Assembly (NCBI GenBank): GCA_965222375.1
Contig: CBDCTZ010000016.1
Span: forward strand, 2,176,001 to 2,240,000
Reading direction: 5' to 3'
Source of the DNA: Polyangiaceae bacterium
GTDB taxonomy: Bacteria > Myxococcota_A > Polyangia > Polyangiales > Polyangiaceae
DNA length: 64,000 nucleotides
The position numbers and the translations under genes were made by a program. Under the pieces are notes generated by a model. It was given only the letters and a program-made list of their open reading frames with translations. It was not told the origin of the DNA and did no database searches. Shown piece after piece: positions 9,561 through 19,749 of this stretch (position 1 is its first letter; each line of letters starts with the position of its first letter).

Positions 9561-11008
9561 TTGAAGCACTCCTCTTTGAACCGCTTTTGGCCGTGTTTGT
9601 CGATATAGTAGTTTGGGTTGCAGTTGACTTGGGGCTTTGTGGGCTTCGGCGGCGGCTTGGGTCGCACCGCGGTGGGGCGAGCGGCCGGCCGCGGAGGAGT
9701 CACGGGGGCGGGCTCTTGGGACGAGGCGGTAGGCGGCGGTGGCGTCGATGCGGTGACCGGCGGCGGGGCGGCAGGCTCGGTTGGGACTTGCTCGGGCTCA
9801 GGCGGTGCCGCAATGCCCTCCTGGCTCGCGGCACCGAGGGCGGCGTCGCGCTTGGAACTCGGACCCAACAGCGATCGACCGAACAGCACGGCTGCCAGCC
9901 CGAGCCCCGCCAGAAGTGCCAATGCTGCCAGCATGACTCTACGCTTCTGGCGGCGCCGAGCCCCGGGATCCGTCGTCGCAGATAGGTCGGTGTCAGTCAC
10001 TTCATCCGCGGCAACTCGCCGGTCCACCAGATGCACGGACGAGTCGGTGGCGCTGCTCGACTCGATTTCTGCCAGGCGGCGAGCGCGCTCTTCAAGCTTG
10101 TCGCCCATGGCAGCCCTGACCCAGCGCCGCACCTCCGGTGCAGCTGCGCGCGGCACGGCCTGGTTGAGGGCTTCTGCCATTTGCAGGGCATTGTCGAAGC
10201 GCTCCTCTGGCTTGCGAGAAAGCGCTCGCAAAATCACCTCGTCGAGCTGAGCCGGTAGAGATGGGACCAGATCGGTCGGTCGACTCACTTCCCCGGAGAG
10301 TACGCGCGCCATGATCTGCGCTGGAGAGTCTGCGCTGAACAACCGTCTGCCGGTGCAGAGTTCCCAACTAACTATGCCGGCGGCGAAGATATCTGCGCGG
10401 CGATCGCAGCTCTTCAACTCCAGCTGCTCGGGCGACATGTACGCCAGCTTGCCTTTGAGTTGCCCCTCGGAGGTCGTTTGCATGCGCGACGCCGCTTTGG
10501 CGACGCCAAAGTCTACGATGCGCGCAATCCCATCTAGGCCAACCAGAACATTTTGTGGCGAGACGTCGCGATGAACGATCTTGAGGGGCTCACCGTGATC
10601 GTCCGAGGCTTCGTGGGCAGCGTGCAGCCCGAGCAATAGGTCGCTGACGATTGCGGAAGCGACCACTACGGGAAGCTTCTTGCCAGCCCGCAGAGCGGTT
10701 CGGAATACTCGGGCCAGGCTTTCGCCCTCCACGTACTCCATGACCACGAAGACCTCGCCACTCTCGTTCACTAGGTCCAGGGTCGGGACGACATTCGGGT
10801 GCCGAATGCGCGACGCCAACCTTGCCTCGTCCAGCAGGGTCGAGACGAAGGCGGGATCTTTGGCAATGTGCGGGTGCAGGCGCTTGATCGCGACAGTGCG
10901 AGCGAAACCGCTGCTGGCTACCAGGCGCCCAAAATGCACGCTAGCCATGCCGCCCGAGGCGATTTCCTCGAACACCAGATATCGGTTCACTTGCAGGAGA
11001 GGTTTCAC
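9557..11008 (-). CDS. Membrane Ser/Thr protein kinase
   Basis: GGMASV, VAIKRL, HRDVSPQN, DFG, YMSPE, TM segment, Pro-rich tail, NCNPNYYID..FKEEC end. Confidence 0.95.
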   Translation of the reverse strand: MKPLLQVNRYLVFEEIASGGMASVHFGRLVASSGFARTVAIKRLHPHIAKDPAFVSTLLDEARLASRIRHPNVVPTLDLVNESGEVFVVMEYVEGESLARVFRTALRAGKKLPVVVASAIVSDLLLGLHAAHEASDDHGEPLKIVHRDVSPQNVLVGLDGIARIVDFGVAKAASRMQTTSEGQLKGKLAYMSPEQLELKSCDRRADIFAAGIVSWELCTGRRLFSADSPAQIMARVLSGEVSRPTDLVPSLPAQLDEVILRALSRKPEERFDNALQMAEALNQAVPRAAAPEVRRWVRAAMGDKLEERARRLAEIESSSATDSSVHLVDRRVAADEVTDTDLSATTDPGARRRQKRRVMLAALALLAGLGLAAVLFGRSLLGPSSKRDAALGAASQEGIAAPPEPEQVPTEPAAPPPVTASTPPPPTASSQEPAPVTPPRPAARPTAVRPKPPPKPTKPQVNCNPNYYIDKHGQKRFKEECFK

Positions 11009-11067
11009 TTTGTTCCCGGCGAGGGCGTCCCTGATCGGCTCGGCCTCGGAGCGCGGCAGTTTCGCAG

Positions 11068-11073
11068 TATAAT
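11068..11073 (+). promoter_or_regulatory. sigma70 -10 box of the FHA-sigma54 activator gene
   Basis: Perfect TATAAT 21 nt upstream of ATG 11095; no clear -35. Confidence 0.4.
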
Positions 11074-11094
11074 GCGAACGAGCCGAGCGGCGCC

Positions 11095-12399
11095 ATGAGC
11101 GAACATACCTCTACAGAAACGCACCACGGTCGCGCTGGGGATGCAGCTCATACGCCTCCGGCGTCGGCCATTGTCGGGTTGTTTTCCGAGGTGATCCCCC
11201 GAATCGGCGCCCGCTTGGTGTCGAAGCCATTCCAGCTGGGTCGAGGGGCCGAGTGCGATCTGACCCTGGATGACAAGAAAGTATCCCGCGCTCATGCGCG
11301 ACTCGTTCCCGATGGGGACGCTCTGCGGGTGATTGATCTGGGCAGCCACAACGGCACTTATTTGAACGGTCTGCGCGTGGAGCAGAGGGGTGCTCGGGCA
11401 ACCCATGGCGATGTGCTGCGTGTGGGGCGCAGCTTGTTTTTGGTCATCACCAATGGCCGGAGCTTCATCGAGTTCAATCCCCGTGGCTCGAGAGATCTCG
11501 TGGGTGGTCCAACCATGGAAGCAGCGTGGCGGACGCTCGAGGCCATCGCCCCTGAACCTGGCCCCGTCCTGCTAGAGGGAGAAAGCGGCACCGGCAAGGA
11601 ACACTGCGGCGCATTGCTGCACAACATGAGCGGGCGACCAGGGCCGCTGGTGAAGGTCAACAGCGCCGCTCTTCCGGCGGCGCTGGCCGAGTCTGAGCTC
11701 TTTGGCCATGTTGCAGGCGCGTTTTCCGGATCCCAGAAGCGTCGCGGTGGTTTGTTTCTCGAGGCCAATCGCGGAACTCTGTTTCTCGACGAAGTTGGCG
11801 AGCTGCCTCTAGAGCTTCAGCCCAAGCTGCTCAGAGTCCTGGAAGAAGGGTCACTGCGGCCAGTTGGAGCGGACCGGGCACACGAAGTGGACGTTCGGGT
11901 CGTGGCTGCCACAAACCGCAATCTCGACGTGATGCTTGAAGAGGGGCAGTTCCGACTCGACCTGCTGCATCGCCTTGCCGCGCACCGGGTCCGGCTACCG
12001 CCGCTGCGTGAGCGCAGGGAGGACATTCCGGCCCTTGTTCTTCGCGCCATGGGGACGGAACCGCTGGTAGTGGAGGCGCTCGCGATGGAGCGCTGGTTGC
12101 TTGAGGATTGGCCAGGGAACGTTCGCCAGCTCAACAACGAAGTTGCCCGGCTCGCACTGCAGGCCCGCCATCAGGGTCACTCGGCCATCAGCGGCGAGAT
12201 GCTGCCTGCTGAAGCTCATGCGCCCAGGCCTGCAGCCCCCAAGGTGAGCGCGCCGGAGCGAACCCGACTCATCACTGCCCTCGAACTATATCGAGGCAAT
12301 GTGGCCAAAGTTGCCCGCGAACTAGGGGTCCAGCGGACTAAGCTCTACGATCTGATGAACCGCCACGGGATCGACCCACGCGAGTATCGTCGCGGCTAG
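11095..12399 (+). CDS. FHA-domain sigma54-dependent enhancer-binding protein
   Basis: FHA (GR..SRAHA..SHNGT), [14 protein letters not shown] loop, [15 protein letters not shown], Fis-type HTH. Confidence 0.95.
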   Translation: MSEHTSTETHHGRAGDAAHTPPASAIVGLFSEVIPRIGARLVSKPFQLGRGAECDLTLDDKKVSRAHARLVPDGDALRVIDLGSHNGTYLNGLRVEQRGARATHGDVLRVGRSLFLVITNGRSFIEFNPRGSRDLVGGPTMEAAWRTLEAIAPEPGPVLLEGESGTGKEHCGALLHNMSGRPGPLVKVNSAALPAALAESELFGHVAGAFSGSQKRRGGLFLEANRGTLFLDEVGELPLELQPKLLRVLEEGSLRPVGADRAHEVDVRVVAATNRNLDVMLEEGQFRLDLLHRLAAHRVRLPPLRERREDIPALVLRAMGTEPLVVEALAMERWLLEDWPGNVRQLNNEVARLALQARHQGHSAISGEMLPAEAHAPRPAAPKVSAPERTRLITALELYRGNVAKVARELGVQRTKLYDLMNRHGIDPREYRRG

Positions 12400-12467
12400 T
12401 GTGAATGATTCGGTTGGGGCCCGGCTCGTGGGGCAAGAGTGCCCTGGCAGGTCTGGCGCTCGCGCAC

Positions 12468-14951
12468 TCACCCGTCTCGGAGGATCTTCAGGCCGGGCAC
12501 CAGCAGGTACCCTGCTGCATCGGCGCGTAGGTATTCTGCCAGCCCCATTTGCCTCAGGCGGAATACAGTCACACGGAGGCGGTTGATGGCGGACTCATTC
12601 AAAACGCGTTGCTCCGGCCAGGCGGCTGCGATCAACTGCTCGTTGTCAACCACCGTACCTGGAGCACGCTCGTTCGCATCCGCTAGGCAGGCCAGAAGGC
12701 GCCGTGCGGTTGGGCGCCGCTCTAGCTCCACTCTAGGCTCTGCGTTGAGCTGAATCCATCGTGCGTCCGGTCCGAGGTGGAGCGAGCCAAGTTCGGCGTT
12801 ACTTCCGAGAACCTCTGCTTCCATGAAGGCCGCGAGGCGCCGCAACTCGACGGAGCGCGCGGTGGGCGAGCGGGTTTCCGCAGCCCGGTCTCGGAGCGCC
12901 TCGAGCATACATGCAAGCTCCTCACGCTCTGGTCCACGGCCATCGCCGCTGGCCGTGAGCGCGACGCGGGCCTTGCACAACCTCACCGCGGCGAGAAGAA
13001 GTGCGTCACCGGTGGGCTCGAGGGTTCGTTCCGCCCGATCTACAAGGCTCGAGCCCAGCTCGACGTGGCCCTGGCGCGCGTGGAGCACACCCAACAATGC
13101 GCGCGCGAACGCAGCGTACCGCTGGTCGCCGGCCGTTTCGAGTCGGGACGCCCCCTCGTCGAGCTCTACCCGGCTAGTTGCGAAGTCCCCGCTCAGAGCC
13201 GAGGCAAGCCCCTTGTAGGCGATGCAGCGCGCATGGACGGCGTGCTCACCCAGAGTTTCCGCGGTGACCATCAATTGTGAGTACTTCCGACGAGCGAGGG
13301 CGAAATCCCCCGCGCAGTTGTGGGCCGTGGCAAGTACCAAGCCTGCTTCGAGCTGCACGCGTTCTTCGGCGTCCGCAGCAGACTCTACGGCCCGTCGTGC
13401 GTAGCTGAGGGCGCCCTCGGCATCGCCCAGTTGCACAAACGTCGCTGCCATCTGCGTAAACGCGAGTGCAATGCCGGTCCCGTCTTGGGTCGATAGTGCG
13501 ATGTGCAAGGCGTGTTCGGCGGAATCGACCGCTAGATCAGGATCCCCCAGCTTGGTTCCAATGTCCGATAGCGCGAGCGTCACTTCGAAACGCAAGTCTT
13601 CGCTCAGGCCTACATCGGCCAGGAGGGACTGCAGTGTCTGCCGAGCGGTTTCCAAGTCTCCCGTGGGCACTAGTTGGTTTCTGAGCTGCAATAGCAGTGC
13701 GTGGACCCGCGGAGATGAAGCCAGTGGTAGTGCGTTGCTCTCCAGCACCGCAGCTTCTAGGGCTCGTTCAGCTTTGAGACCCTGGCCCGCCCGTTGATGG
13801 GCCTCGACGCGCGCCAACCAAACCCGCGTCGCCAGCTCTGGCTCCAGGCCGTCGCTATCTTCCATCAGCGCCGCCCAGATTTCCGGGAACTCGCCCGGCG
13901 ATAATGCACCACTGCATTCGAGCGCTAGTTCGAGGCGCAGACGTGAATCGCCAATCCTGGGCAGCACGTGCGCTGTCGTTTTCCACCGAGCGTCGTGCTC
14001 GAGACTACGAGTTTGGCGTAGCCATTCGCCGAGCTGTGCCGAGGCGTGCGCCAAGACCGACTCGGTGGCGAGATGTTCGACCGCGAATTCGAAGGGAGGC
14101 GCAAGCGCCAGGGAGGCCATGACGTTGCGGCGCATCAGGCCGCGCTGCTGGAGGCAAAGCACGTCCTCGAGCACATCGGCGTACGATCCCCCCGCGGCCT
14201 CGGGCGGCAAGGCGTTGGCCGCCGCAGCTGTCACGGCGACGAGACGTTGCTGCGGAACGCTCAACTGTTTCCATGCGGGCTGAAAGATCCTGGCCAGCCG
14301 CTTGCCAATCGGATCTTCTCGCGTGCCCAGGCGCCTGAGTTGTTCCTGAAGGCTCAACACGGAGTGAAGGGTTGCTGAAGCCACCACCGCCGCGGGCAAG
14401 CCACCGACGGCTTCGAGCAGCAAGCACAACTCTCCGGCCTCATCTGGATTCAGATCGAACGAATCACCACGGAGCCGCCGAGCGTGGTCGAGCCAGAGCT
14501 GAAACGCCGGGTGCCCGGGCGCCGCACTGGACTTGCCAGGAGCCTCGAGCCCCCCGACGAAGAGCACGCGCTCGCAGGGTGCACCAAGCGCTGTGAGCGA
14601 TGTCACTAGCGCCGCCCCGCCCCAGTCCTCCATGGCCGCCGCAAGCGCTTCAGTTTCCGTCGTATCTCCAGAGTCACAGTCGGCAAGCAGCAGTGCAGAT
14701 GGGTCAAGGGTCTCTAGCGGCATGCCGGGAAGCCACCAGACGATCCCTCGCTGTTGGCGCAGAAGCCGAGCAGCCTCGTGCAGGAGCGAAGTCTTGCCGG
14801 AACCAGGCAAGCCAGTCAGCGTGACTCGCTCTTCGCATTTCGAGAGCAAGAGTTCGAGCTGGCGGAGTTCCGTCTCTCTCCCATAGAGTCGCGGTGACCT
14901 CGCCACAACGCCAGATTGACGTCGTGATGGCAGTCGTTGTTTCGCGTGCAT
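12468..14951 (-). CDS. P-loop NTPase / TPR / winged-helix regulator, paralog of 4944..7109
   Basis: YGRETEL, GLPGSGKT, GGLPAAV, LIAAAWPEQRVLNESAINRLRV; start codon uncertain. Confidence 0.8.
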   Translation of the reverse strand: MHAKQRLPSRRQSGVVARSPRLYGRETELRQLELLLSKCEERVTLTGLPGSGKTSLLHEAARLLRQQRGIVWWLPGMPLETLDPSALLLADCDSGDTTETEALAAAMEDWGGAALVTSLTALGAPCERVLFVGGLEAPGKSSAAPGHPAFQLWLDHARRLRGDSFDLNPDEAGELCLLLEAVGGLPAAVVASATLHSVLSLQEQLRRLGTREDPIGKRLARIFQPAWKQLSVPQQRLVAVTAAAANALPPEAAGGSYADVLEDVLCLQQRGLMRRNVMASLALAPPFEFAVEHLATESVLAHASAQLGEWLRQTRSLEHDARWKTTAHVLPRIGDSRLRLELALECSGALSPGEFPEIWAALMEDSDGLEPELATRVWLARVEAHQRAGQGLKAERALEAAVLESNALPLASSPRVHALLLQLRNQLVPTGDLETARQTLQSLLADVGLSEDLRFEVTLALSDIGTKLGDPDLAVDSAEHALHIALSTQDGTGIALAFTQMAATFVQLGDAEGALSYARRAVESAADAEERVQLEAGLVLATAHNCAGDFALARRKYSQLMVTAETLGEHAVHARCIAYKGLASALSGDFATSRVELDEGASRLETAGDQRYAAFARALLGVLHARQGHVELGSSLVDRAERTLEPTGDALLLAAVRLCKARVALTASGDGRGPEREELACMLEALRDRAAETRSPTARSVELRRLAAFMEAEVLGSNAELGSLHLGPDARWIQLNAEPRVELERRPTARRLLACLADANERAPGTVVDNEQLIAAAWPEQRVLNESAINRLRVTVFRLRQMGLAEYLRADAAGYLLVPGLKILRDG

Positions 14952-14965
14952 TTGCTTCGCCACAC

Positions 14966-14980
14966 GCACTCTGCATGCCA
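14966..14980 (-). promoter_or_regulatory. sigma54 -24/-12 promoter
   Basis: Minus strand reads TGGCATGCAGAGTGC (GG-N10-GC) just upstream of ATG 14951. Confidence 0.55.
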
Positions 14981-15126
14981 ACCGGTAGAGGGAGGAGCGC
15001 TCCGCGACGCGAGCTGGTTAAGACGTCTTCCCGCGCGACGCCCCGCCGCCCCGAGCCGCCGCTCATGGGCGACGGACGACGAGCCAACAAACAGAGATGT
15101 TTCGCCGAGTTGGGCCCAATCCCGGT

Positions 15127-15144
15127 GTCCGACAGGTGTCGGAC
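15127..15144. promoter_or_regulatory. Palindromic operator/enhancer GTCCGACA-GG-TGTCGGAC
   Basis: Perfect 8-bp inverted repeat; the same motif recurs at 38845-38864. Confidence 0.6.
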
Positions 15145-15631
15145 GAAACGACAGGTCGCAGCGGACGCTGGGGTGCGCACTCGGGCGCCCAGGCCCGTCC
15201 GTGCCGTCAAGACTTGGATCGCCGCGGGCGAGAGCGGTTTGTTCGCTGTGGTCTCGGACCTGCAGCGCAAGGCGCACCTGACCAGCGTTTCGCATCGCAC
15301 TCTGGTGACTGACTCGCCATCATCACGCTGCGTGTGACTCGGGCTCAGAAAGAGACGCCGCAGCGGCGCGGAGCCGAGGGAAACGGCGGCGGGCGCAAGG
15401 AGTGCAGGTGTTGCTAGCTGAGGTGGCATCGCTGGTTCGGACGGCAAGCTTGGGAACCGCCGGGTCTGAGGGCGGAACCGCCAGTTCGAGCGGCAATGGC
15501 TCGAGTGGCGCGCCCGCCGCGTCGTGAAGCCCCAGTGACAGCATCGCGTCGAGCTGCTGATTCGAACCGTGACCACGCGCAGGACCACCGCAGCATAGGC
15601 CTGTGTGGGAGCCCTATGCTACCTTGGACCC

Positions 15632-16588
15632 ATGCGGCTGGTGCCAGGTTCATACCGCGGGTTCACGTCCTGCCTCCTCGGGCTTGTCGGGCTGCACTGC
15701 ACTCTGCTTGCGCCGGATTCCGACGGCATCGTTGGTCAGGGGAAGAACGGAGGCGCGGGCACTGGGGGAATCTCGTCGGACGCTGGCGGGGACGCGGCTG
15801 CTGCCGCCGGTGGGTTCGACAGTAGCCTGGGTGGCGGAGCTGGGCTCGGCGGCGGAACCGGTGGCAGCGCTGGGGCCGGTGGTGATGCCAGCGACGCCGG
15901 TGACGCGTCCAGCGTTGGGATACCGGTGTCGGGACTCGTGCTTCACCTCGAAGCAGATAGTACTATCAGTAGCCCGGTCTCGCTCTGGGCAGACCTTTCC
16001 CCGGCTGGACACGATGCCGTGCAGTCCAACGCGAACAGGCAACCTCAGCTCACGTCAGTGGGGCTCTCGCATCCGGTTGTCGACCTGGATGGTGTGGACG
16101 ACTACCTCTTGCTCTCAACAGGGTTCGGCGACTTCAGCAAAGGATTGAGCGCGTTCATCCTCGCCCAGATGAACGACGTAGCGCACTACCACCTGCTGGA
16201 CTTGAATGTTAAAGGGAGTTCCGGGACGCTTCGATTCGGAACGATCGAGCCTGGAGAATTGCAGTACCGTGCGGGGGGCATCAAGTTTATCTCTGGCCCT
16301 TCGGCCTTCGCTGCGACTGCCCCGTTCCTGTTCTCCATCGTCCACGAGCCGACCGGGGACGCGGAAATGAGAGTGAACGGCAGTTTCGAGAAGAGCACGA
16401 AGATGCCGCTACCCAGTAATGGAGTCCACGATGAAAACTACATCGGCTTCCATGACGTGTCAGACAGTGCGCCCAGTGCGGACGGCTGGTACGGCGCGAT
16501 CATCATGTACAATCGGGCGGTAACGACCCAAGAACGAGCGCAAATCGAGTCCTACCTGGCAAAGAAGTGGGGATGCTGCGGAAACTAG
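15632..16588 (+). CDS. Lipoprotein with a LamG/concanavalin-like domain
   Basis: Lipobox GLHC, Gly-rich linker, LVLHLEAD..WADLS..LDGVDDYL..IIMYNRAVT..IESYLAKKW. Confidence 0.8.
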   Translation: MRLVPGSYRGFTSCLLGLVGLHCTLLAPDSDGIVGQGKNGGAGTGGISSDAGGDAAAAAGGFDSSLGGGAGLGGGTGGSAGAGGDASDAGDASSVGIPVSGLVLHLEADSTISSPVSLWADLSPAGHDAVQSNANRQPQLTSVGLSHPVVDLDGVDDYLLLSTGFGDFSKGLSAFILAQMNDVAHYHLLDLNVKGSSGTLRFGTIEPGELQYRAGGIKFISGPSAFAATAPFLFSIVHEPTGDAEMRVNGSFEKSTKMPLPSNGVHDENYIGFHDVSDSAPSADGWYGAIIMYNRAVTTQERAQIESYLAKKWGCCGN

Positions 16589-16704
16589 GCCTGGGTTTCA
16601 GCAGTACCGCCCAGGCGAGGAGTGGCTTGCCTGGACCGGTTCTTGTTCCTCGTATGCTCGCGTTGGCTCAACGACCGCACCCCTCGACGCGCCGCGAGAC
16701 CCGC

Positions 16705-17769
16705 ATGACTACGAACTCCCTCACAATCTTCGTCGCCGCTCTTTTCATCGGATGCTCCGGAAGCTCTGATGGTGACCCGGGAGGCAGCTCGGGTGCAGCA
16801 GGGTCCTCGACCGGCGGGGGCTCCGGCGCCGCGGGTAGTGCAGCAGGTGGTGCGGGTGCGGGCGGAGCCGCCGGCAAGGCGGGCACGGGAGGTTCAGGTG
16901 GAAGTGCCGGAGCACCCGGGGGGACCGGCGGCGGCGCAGGTGGCCCATTCGTCAACTGCGCGATGCCCCCTGGCGCGGATAAGAGTGAGACTAAGTTTCT
17001 CGATTTCACAACGATCAGCGATCCCGTCAAGAGCCTGAATGGCAGCGGAGGCCTCTGGATTCGCACGGTGTTCCCGGTCGGGCCAGGCGAGCCTGGCGAC
17101 ATGGTTTCCGTGCCCGAAGGAGTCAAGTTGACCCTCGACGTCGCGTCCCTGCCATCGGGCGTATTGGATGCGAAGTACCGCGCCGAACTCCGAGAGCGCA
17201 ACATCAACACCTTTCCCCCGAACGGCACGACGCAGCTCTACCGTCGTCAGTTCGTCCGCGAGCAGCTGCCCTCCGTGATTTACGGAAAACTGCTGATCTT
17301 TCAGCGCTTCAATCGTGACAACGACGGCCCCGACTGCCACGTGACCCTCGTCGGTGAGCACCAATGGAAAGATGACACCAAGACTGGGTACATCTGGATC
17401 GACTGCGCTGGCGAGCGGACGCGGGACCAGCAAACATTCCTGAAGAGCAAGAACGATCTAGTCGTTGGGATCTACACGCATCCGACCAACGGCAAGTACA
17501 AGATCTCTCTGAACGGCAAGACTGTCGCGCAGGGTTCCGGCGTGGATACGAGCAGTGCGACCGCCGGTGGTTGGGTCCAATTCGGAACCTATTGGTCGGG
17601 GATGATCTACGGGAACGAAGCCCAGCGCAAAGAACAGGTCGCCAGTGGCGAGTCGGTCGCGTCCTTTACCGAGCACCGATTTGAGAAGCACTTCTACAAG
17701 GGCGATATCGACCTCAAGCCCGTCGAGAGCTACGATCCGAACGCTGTGGGCGGCTTCGTCTGCCCCTAG
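16705..17769 (+). CDS. Lipoprotein with a polysaccharide-lyase-like beta-jelly-roll domain
   Basis: Lipobox FIGC; RAELRE, IFQ and QFGTY resemble PL7/PF14099-type motifs. Confidence 0.6.
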   Translation: MTTNSLTIFVAALFIGCSGSSDGDPGGSSGAAGSSTGGGSGAAGSAAGGAGAGGAAGKAGTGGSGGSAGAPGGTGGGAGGPFVNCAMPPGADKSETKFLDFTTISDPVKSLNGSGGLWIRTVFPVGPGEPGDMVSVPEGVKLTLDVASLPSGVLDAKYRAELRERNINTFPPNGTTQLYRRQFVREQLPSVIYGKLLIFQRFNRDNDGPDCHVTLVGEHQWKDDTKTGYIWIDCAGERTRDQQTFLKSKNDLVVGIYTHPTNGKYKISLNGKTVAQGSGVDTSSATAGGWVQFGTYWSGMIYGNEAQRKEQVASGESVASFTEHRFEKHFYKGDIDLKPVESYDPNAVGGFVCP

Positions 17770-17839
17770 CCGCCTGCGCGCGCCCCGAGGTAATCACCGC
17801 TCTCGACGCTCCAGTCGAACGGCAATCTGCGGCTGAGCA

Positions 17840-18679
17840 TCATTGCTCGGGCTCCTGGAAACACGCATCCAAGCCAGCGCAGGAACTCGCCTGGACCTGC
17901 GCGGCGCAGCCGTCTACCCATGCCGGGTCCTCGCACAACAGCGCGGCGCTATGTTCGGCACCACCCCAGCACTGCTCTTCACTGTCGACGATCAGCTGTG
18001 CGTTTTGGCCATTGCACGAGCTTCCGGGGCCACCCCCCGTGCCTCCCGTTCCGGGGTCCGCGCCAGGCACGTCGCATGACTGCTCCGTGCACGGGTTGCA
18101 TTGTCCTGCACCGTTGCACGCTGAGCAGGAGCTGGCGTCACTGCCGGCGTCGTATTGGCACAGATAGGTCCCTTGGGCGCTACCGCAGGGCTCCAGCGCG
18201 ATGAGCCATTGGTTCTGTTTCGCCAACGCCACGTAACAGAGCCCTTCGTCGCTCCACCACAGAGCGACGCTTCCGCCGTCATTGCCTTGCAGGAAGTTCA
18301 GCTTCTCGACGCTGCCGTCTTCATCAACGTCTTCGTCCAGGACACCCTGGTTGCCGTTCATCGGCGCTGACAGGTCCGCGCCGCCGACGACGCCTGGTGG
18401 AATGGTTATCCCGGCTGACTGGGCGGGGCTGACGCTACTCACAGGCGTCTTGCCAAGTTGGTCGAGCTTGGCGAGCTTGCCGTTGAGATTCTTGAGCAGC
18501 TTCTGCGCCTGTTCGGCGGTCTTGTTGGCGTTGTCGAGGGCTTTGTCCAGCTTCTCTTTGGTCGAACACCCTGCAGCGAGCCCCAACACTGCAATCGAGA
18601 CAGCGGCGCCGATCCACGTGGCAAGGCGATGGGTGTTCGGTTGTCGCTGGCGCGCCGACGACTTCGATAGTGTATTCAT
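17840..18679 (-). CDS. Cys-rich lipoprotein with an N-terminal coiled coil
   Basis: AAGGAG RBS, lipobox AAGC, heptad region, DVDEDG loop. Confidence 0.75.
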   Translation of the reverse strand: MNTLSKSSARQRQPNTHRLATWIGAAVSIAVLGLAAGCSTKEKLDKALDNANKTAEQAQKLLKNLNGKLAKLDQLGKTPVSSVSPAQSAGITIPPGVVGGADLSAPMNGNQGVLDEDVDEDGSVEKLNFLQGNDGGSVALWWSDEGLCYVALAKQNQWLIALEPCGSAQGTYLCQYDAGSDASSCSACNGAGQCNPCTEQSCDVPGADPGTGGTGGGPGSSCNGQNAQLIVDSEEQCWGGAEHSAALLCEDPAWVDGCAAQVQASSCAGLDACFQEPEQ

Positions 18680-18858
18680 GGCCACTCCTTTTTCCGCGGC
18701 GCAGGAGTAGTGCCCAGGCAACCGGAGAGCCAATTACACCTCCTTACAAGTGCTCACGGGTGCCGCGCGTTGGCGCCGGCAGGGCCTGTAGGCGTAATCT
18801 GATGTAACTAGCAGCGCAGCTCACCGCCAAATAGCCTGACCGTGAAGGAAGGCGGGTC

Positions 18859-19749
18859 ATGCGTTTGGAGACGGGTAGTTTGGTTGCAGGGCGCCCTCGC
18901 GCCGAACGCCTCATTGCGGCCGGCGGAATGGGCGTCGTTTGGTCGGCGTCAGACATCCTGCTGAAGCGACGGGTAGCGTTGAAGATGTTGCACCCTGCCT
19001 GGGAAGACCGTTCTGAAGCCGTCCCCCAGTTATTGAACGAAGCTCGCATCACGGCGTCCTTTCGCAGCGAGTACGTTCCACGGGTTTCCGATGTGGGCTG
19101 GACCGAAGCTGGGTTCCCATTCGTCAGTATCGAGCATCTTGCGGGAACAGATCTGCGCACACTACTTGGGCGTCGCGGTCGATTTGGCATGGAAGAATCC
19201 GTGGACCTGGTTCTGCAGGTCTCCCGCGCTCTGGCGGAGATCCACGGAACGGGCTTTGCCCATCGAGACGTGAAGCCCGAGAACATCGTCGTCAGCGAAC
19301 AGTCTGGCGGCGGCGCTGCGGTCAAGCTCGTCGACTTTGGGATAGCGCGTCCGCTCTTCGATGTGGGGCCAGAGCGCATGTCTGCGGGGTCCCCGGACTA
19401 CATGTCCCCCGAGCAACTGTTGGGGCAGCAGGTGGACGCCCGCAACGACATTTGGTCGCTCGGCGTGGTGCTGTACGAACTCTTGAACGCGACCCTTCCT
19501 TTTGACGACCATTGCGACGCTGCGGTGCACACCCGGATCCTGAACTCGCTGCCGCGCCCGATGCGGCGGGTGATTCCTCAACAATTGAGTGCCGTGATAA
19601 GCGATGCTCTGCAGAAGAAATTGCAGGCCCGGATCGCGAACGTTGCGAGCATGGCGATGCGGCTGAAGCCCTCTGCGACCGCATTGGGCAGAGCCAATGC
19701 TGACGCCGCCTGCGCCACCTTTCGGCAGTACGGAGGATTGCCGTCATAG
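18859..19749 (+). CDS. Cytoplasmic Ser/Thr protein kinase (kinase domain only)
   Basis: GGMGVV, VALK, HRDVKPEN, DFG, YMSPE, DIWSLG. Confidence 0.9.
   Translation: MRLETGSLVAGRPRAERLIAAGGMGVVWSASDILLKRRVALKMLHPAWEDRSEAVPQLLNEARITASFRSEYVPRVSDVGWTEAGFPFVSIEHLAGTDLRTLLGRRGRFGMEESVDLVLQVSRALAEIHGTGFAHRDVKPENIVVSEQSGGGAAVKLVDFGIARPLFDVGPERMSAGSPDYMSPEQLLGQQVDARNDIWSLGVVLYELLNATLPFDDHCDAAVHTRILNSLPRPMRRVIPQQLSAVISDALQKKLQARIANVASMAMRLKPSATALGRANADAACATFRQYGGLPS

Noticed and set aside
14704..15588. Several ORFs in the 15.0-15.6 kb region
   Set aside because: No recognisable motifs or RBS; the region is better explained as regulatory DNA.
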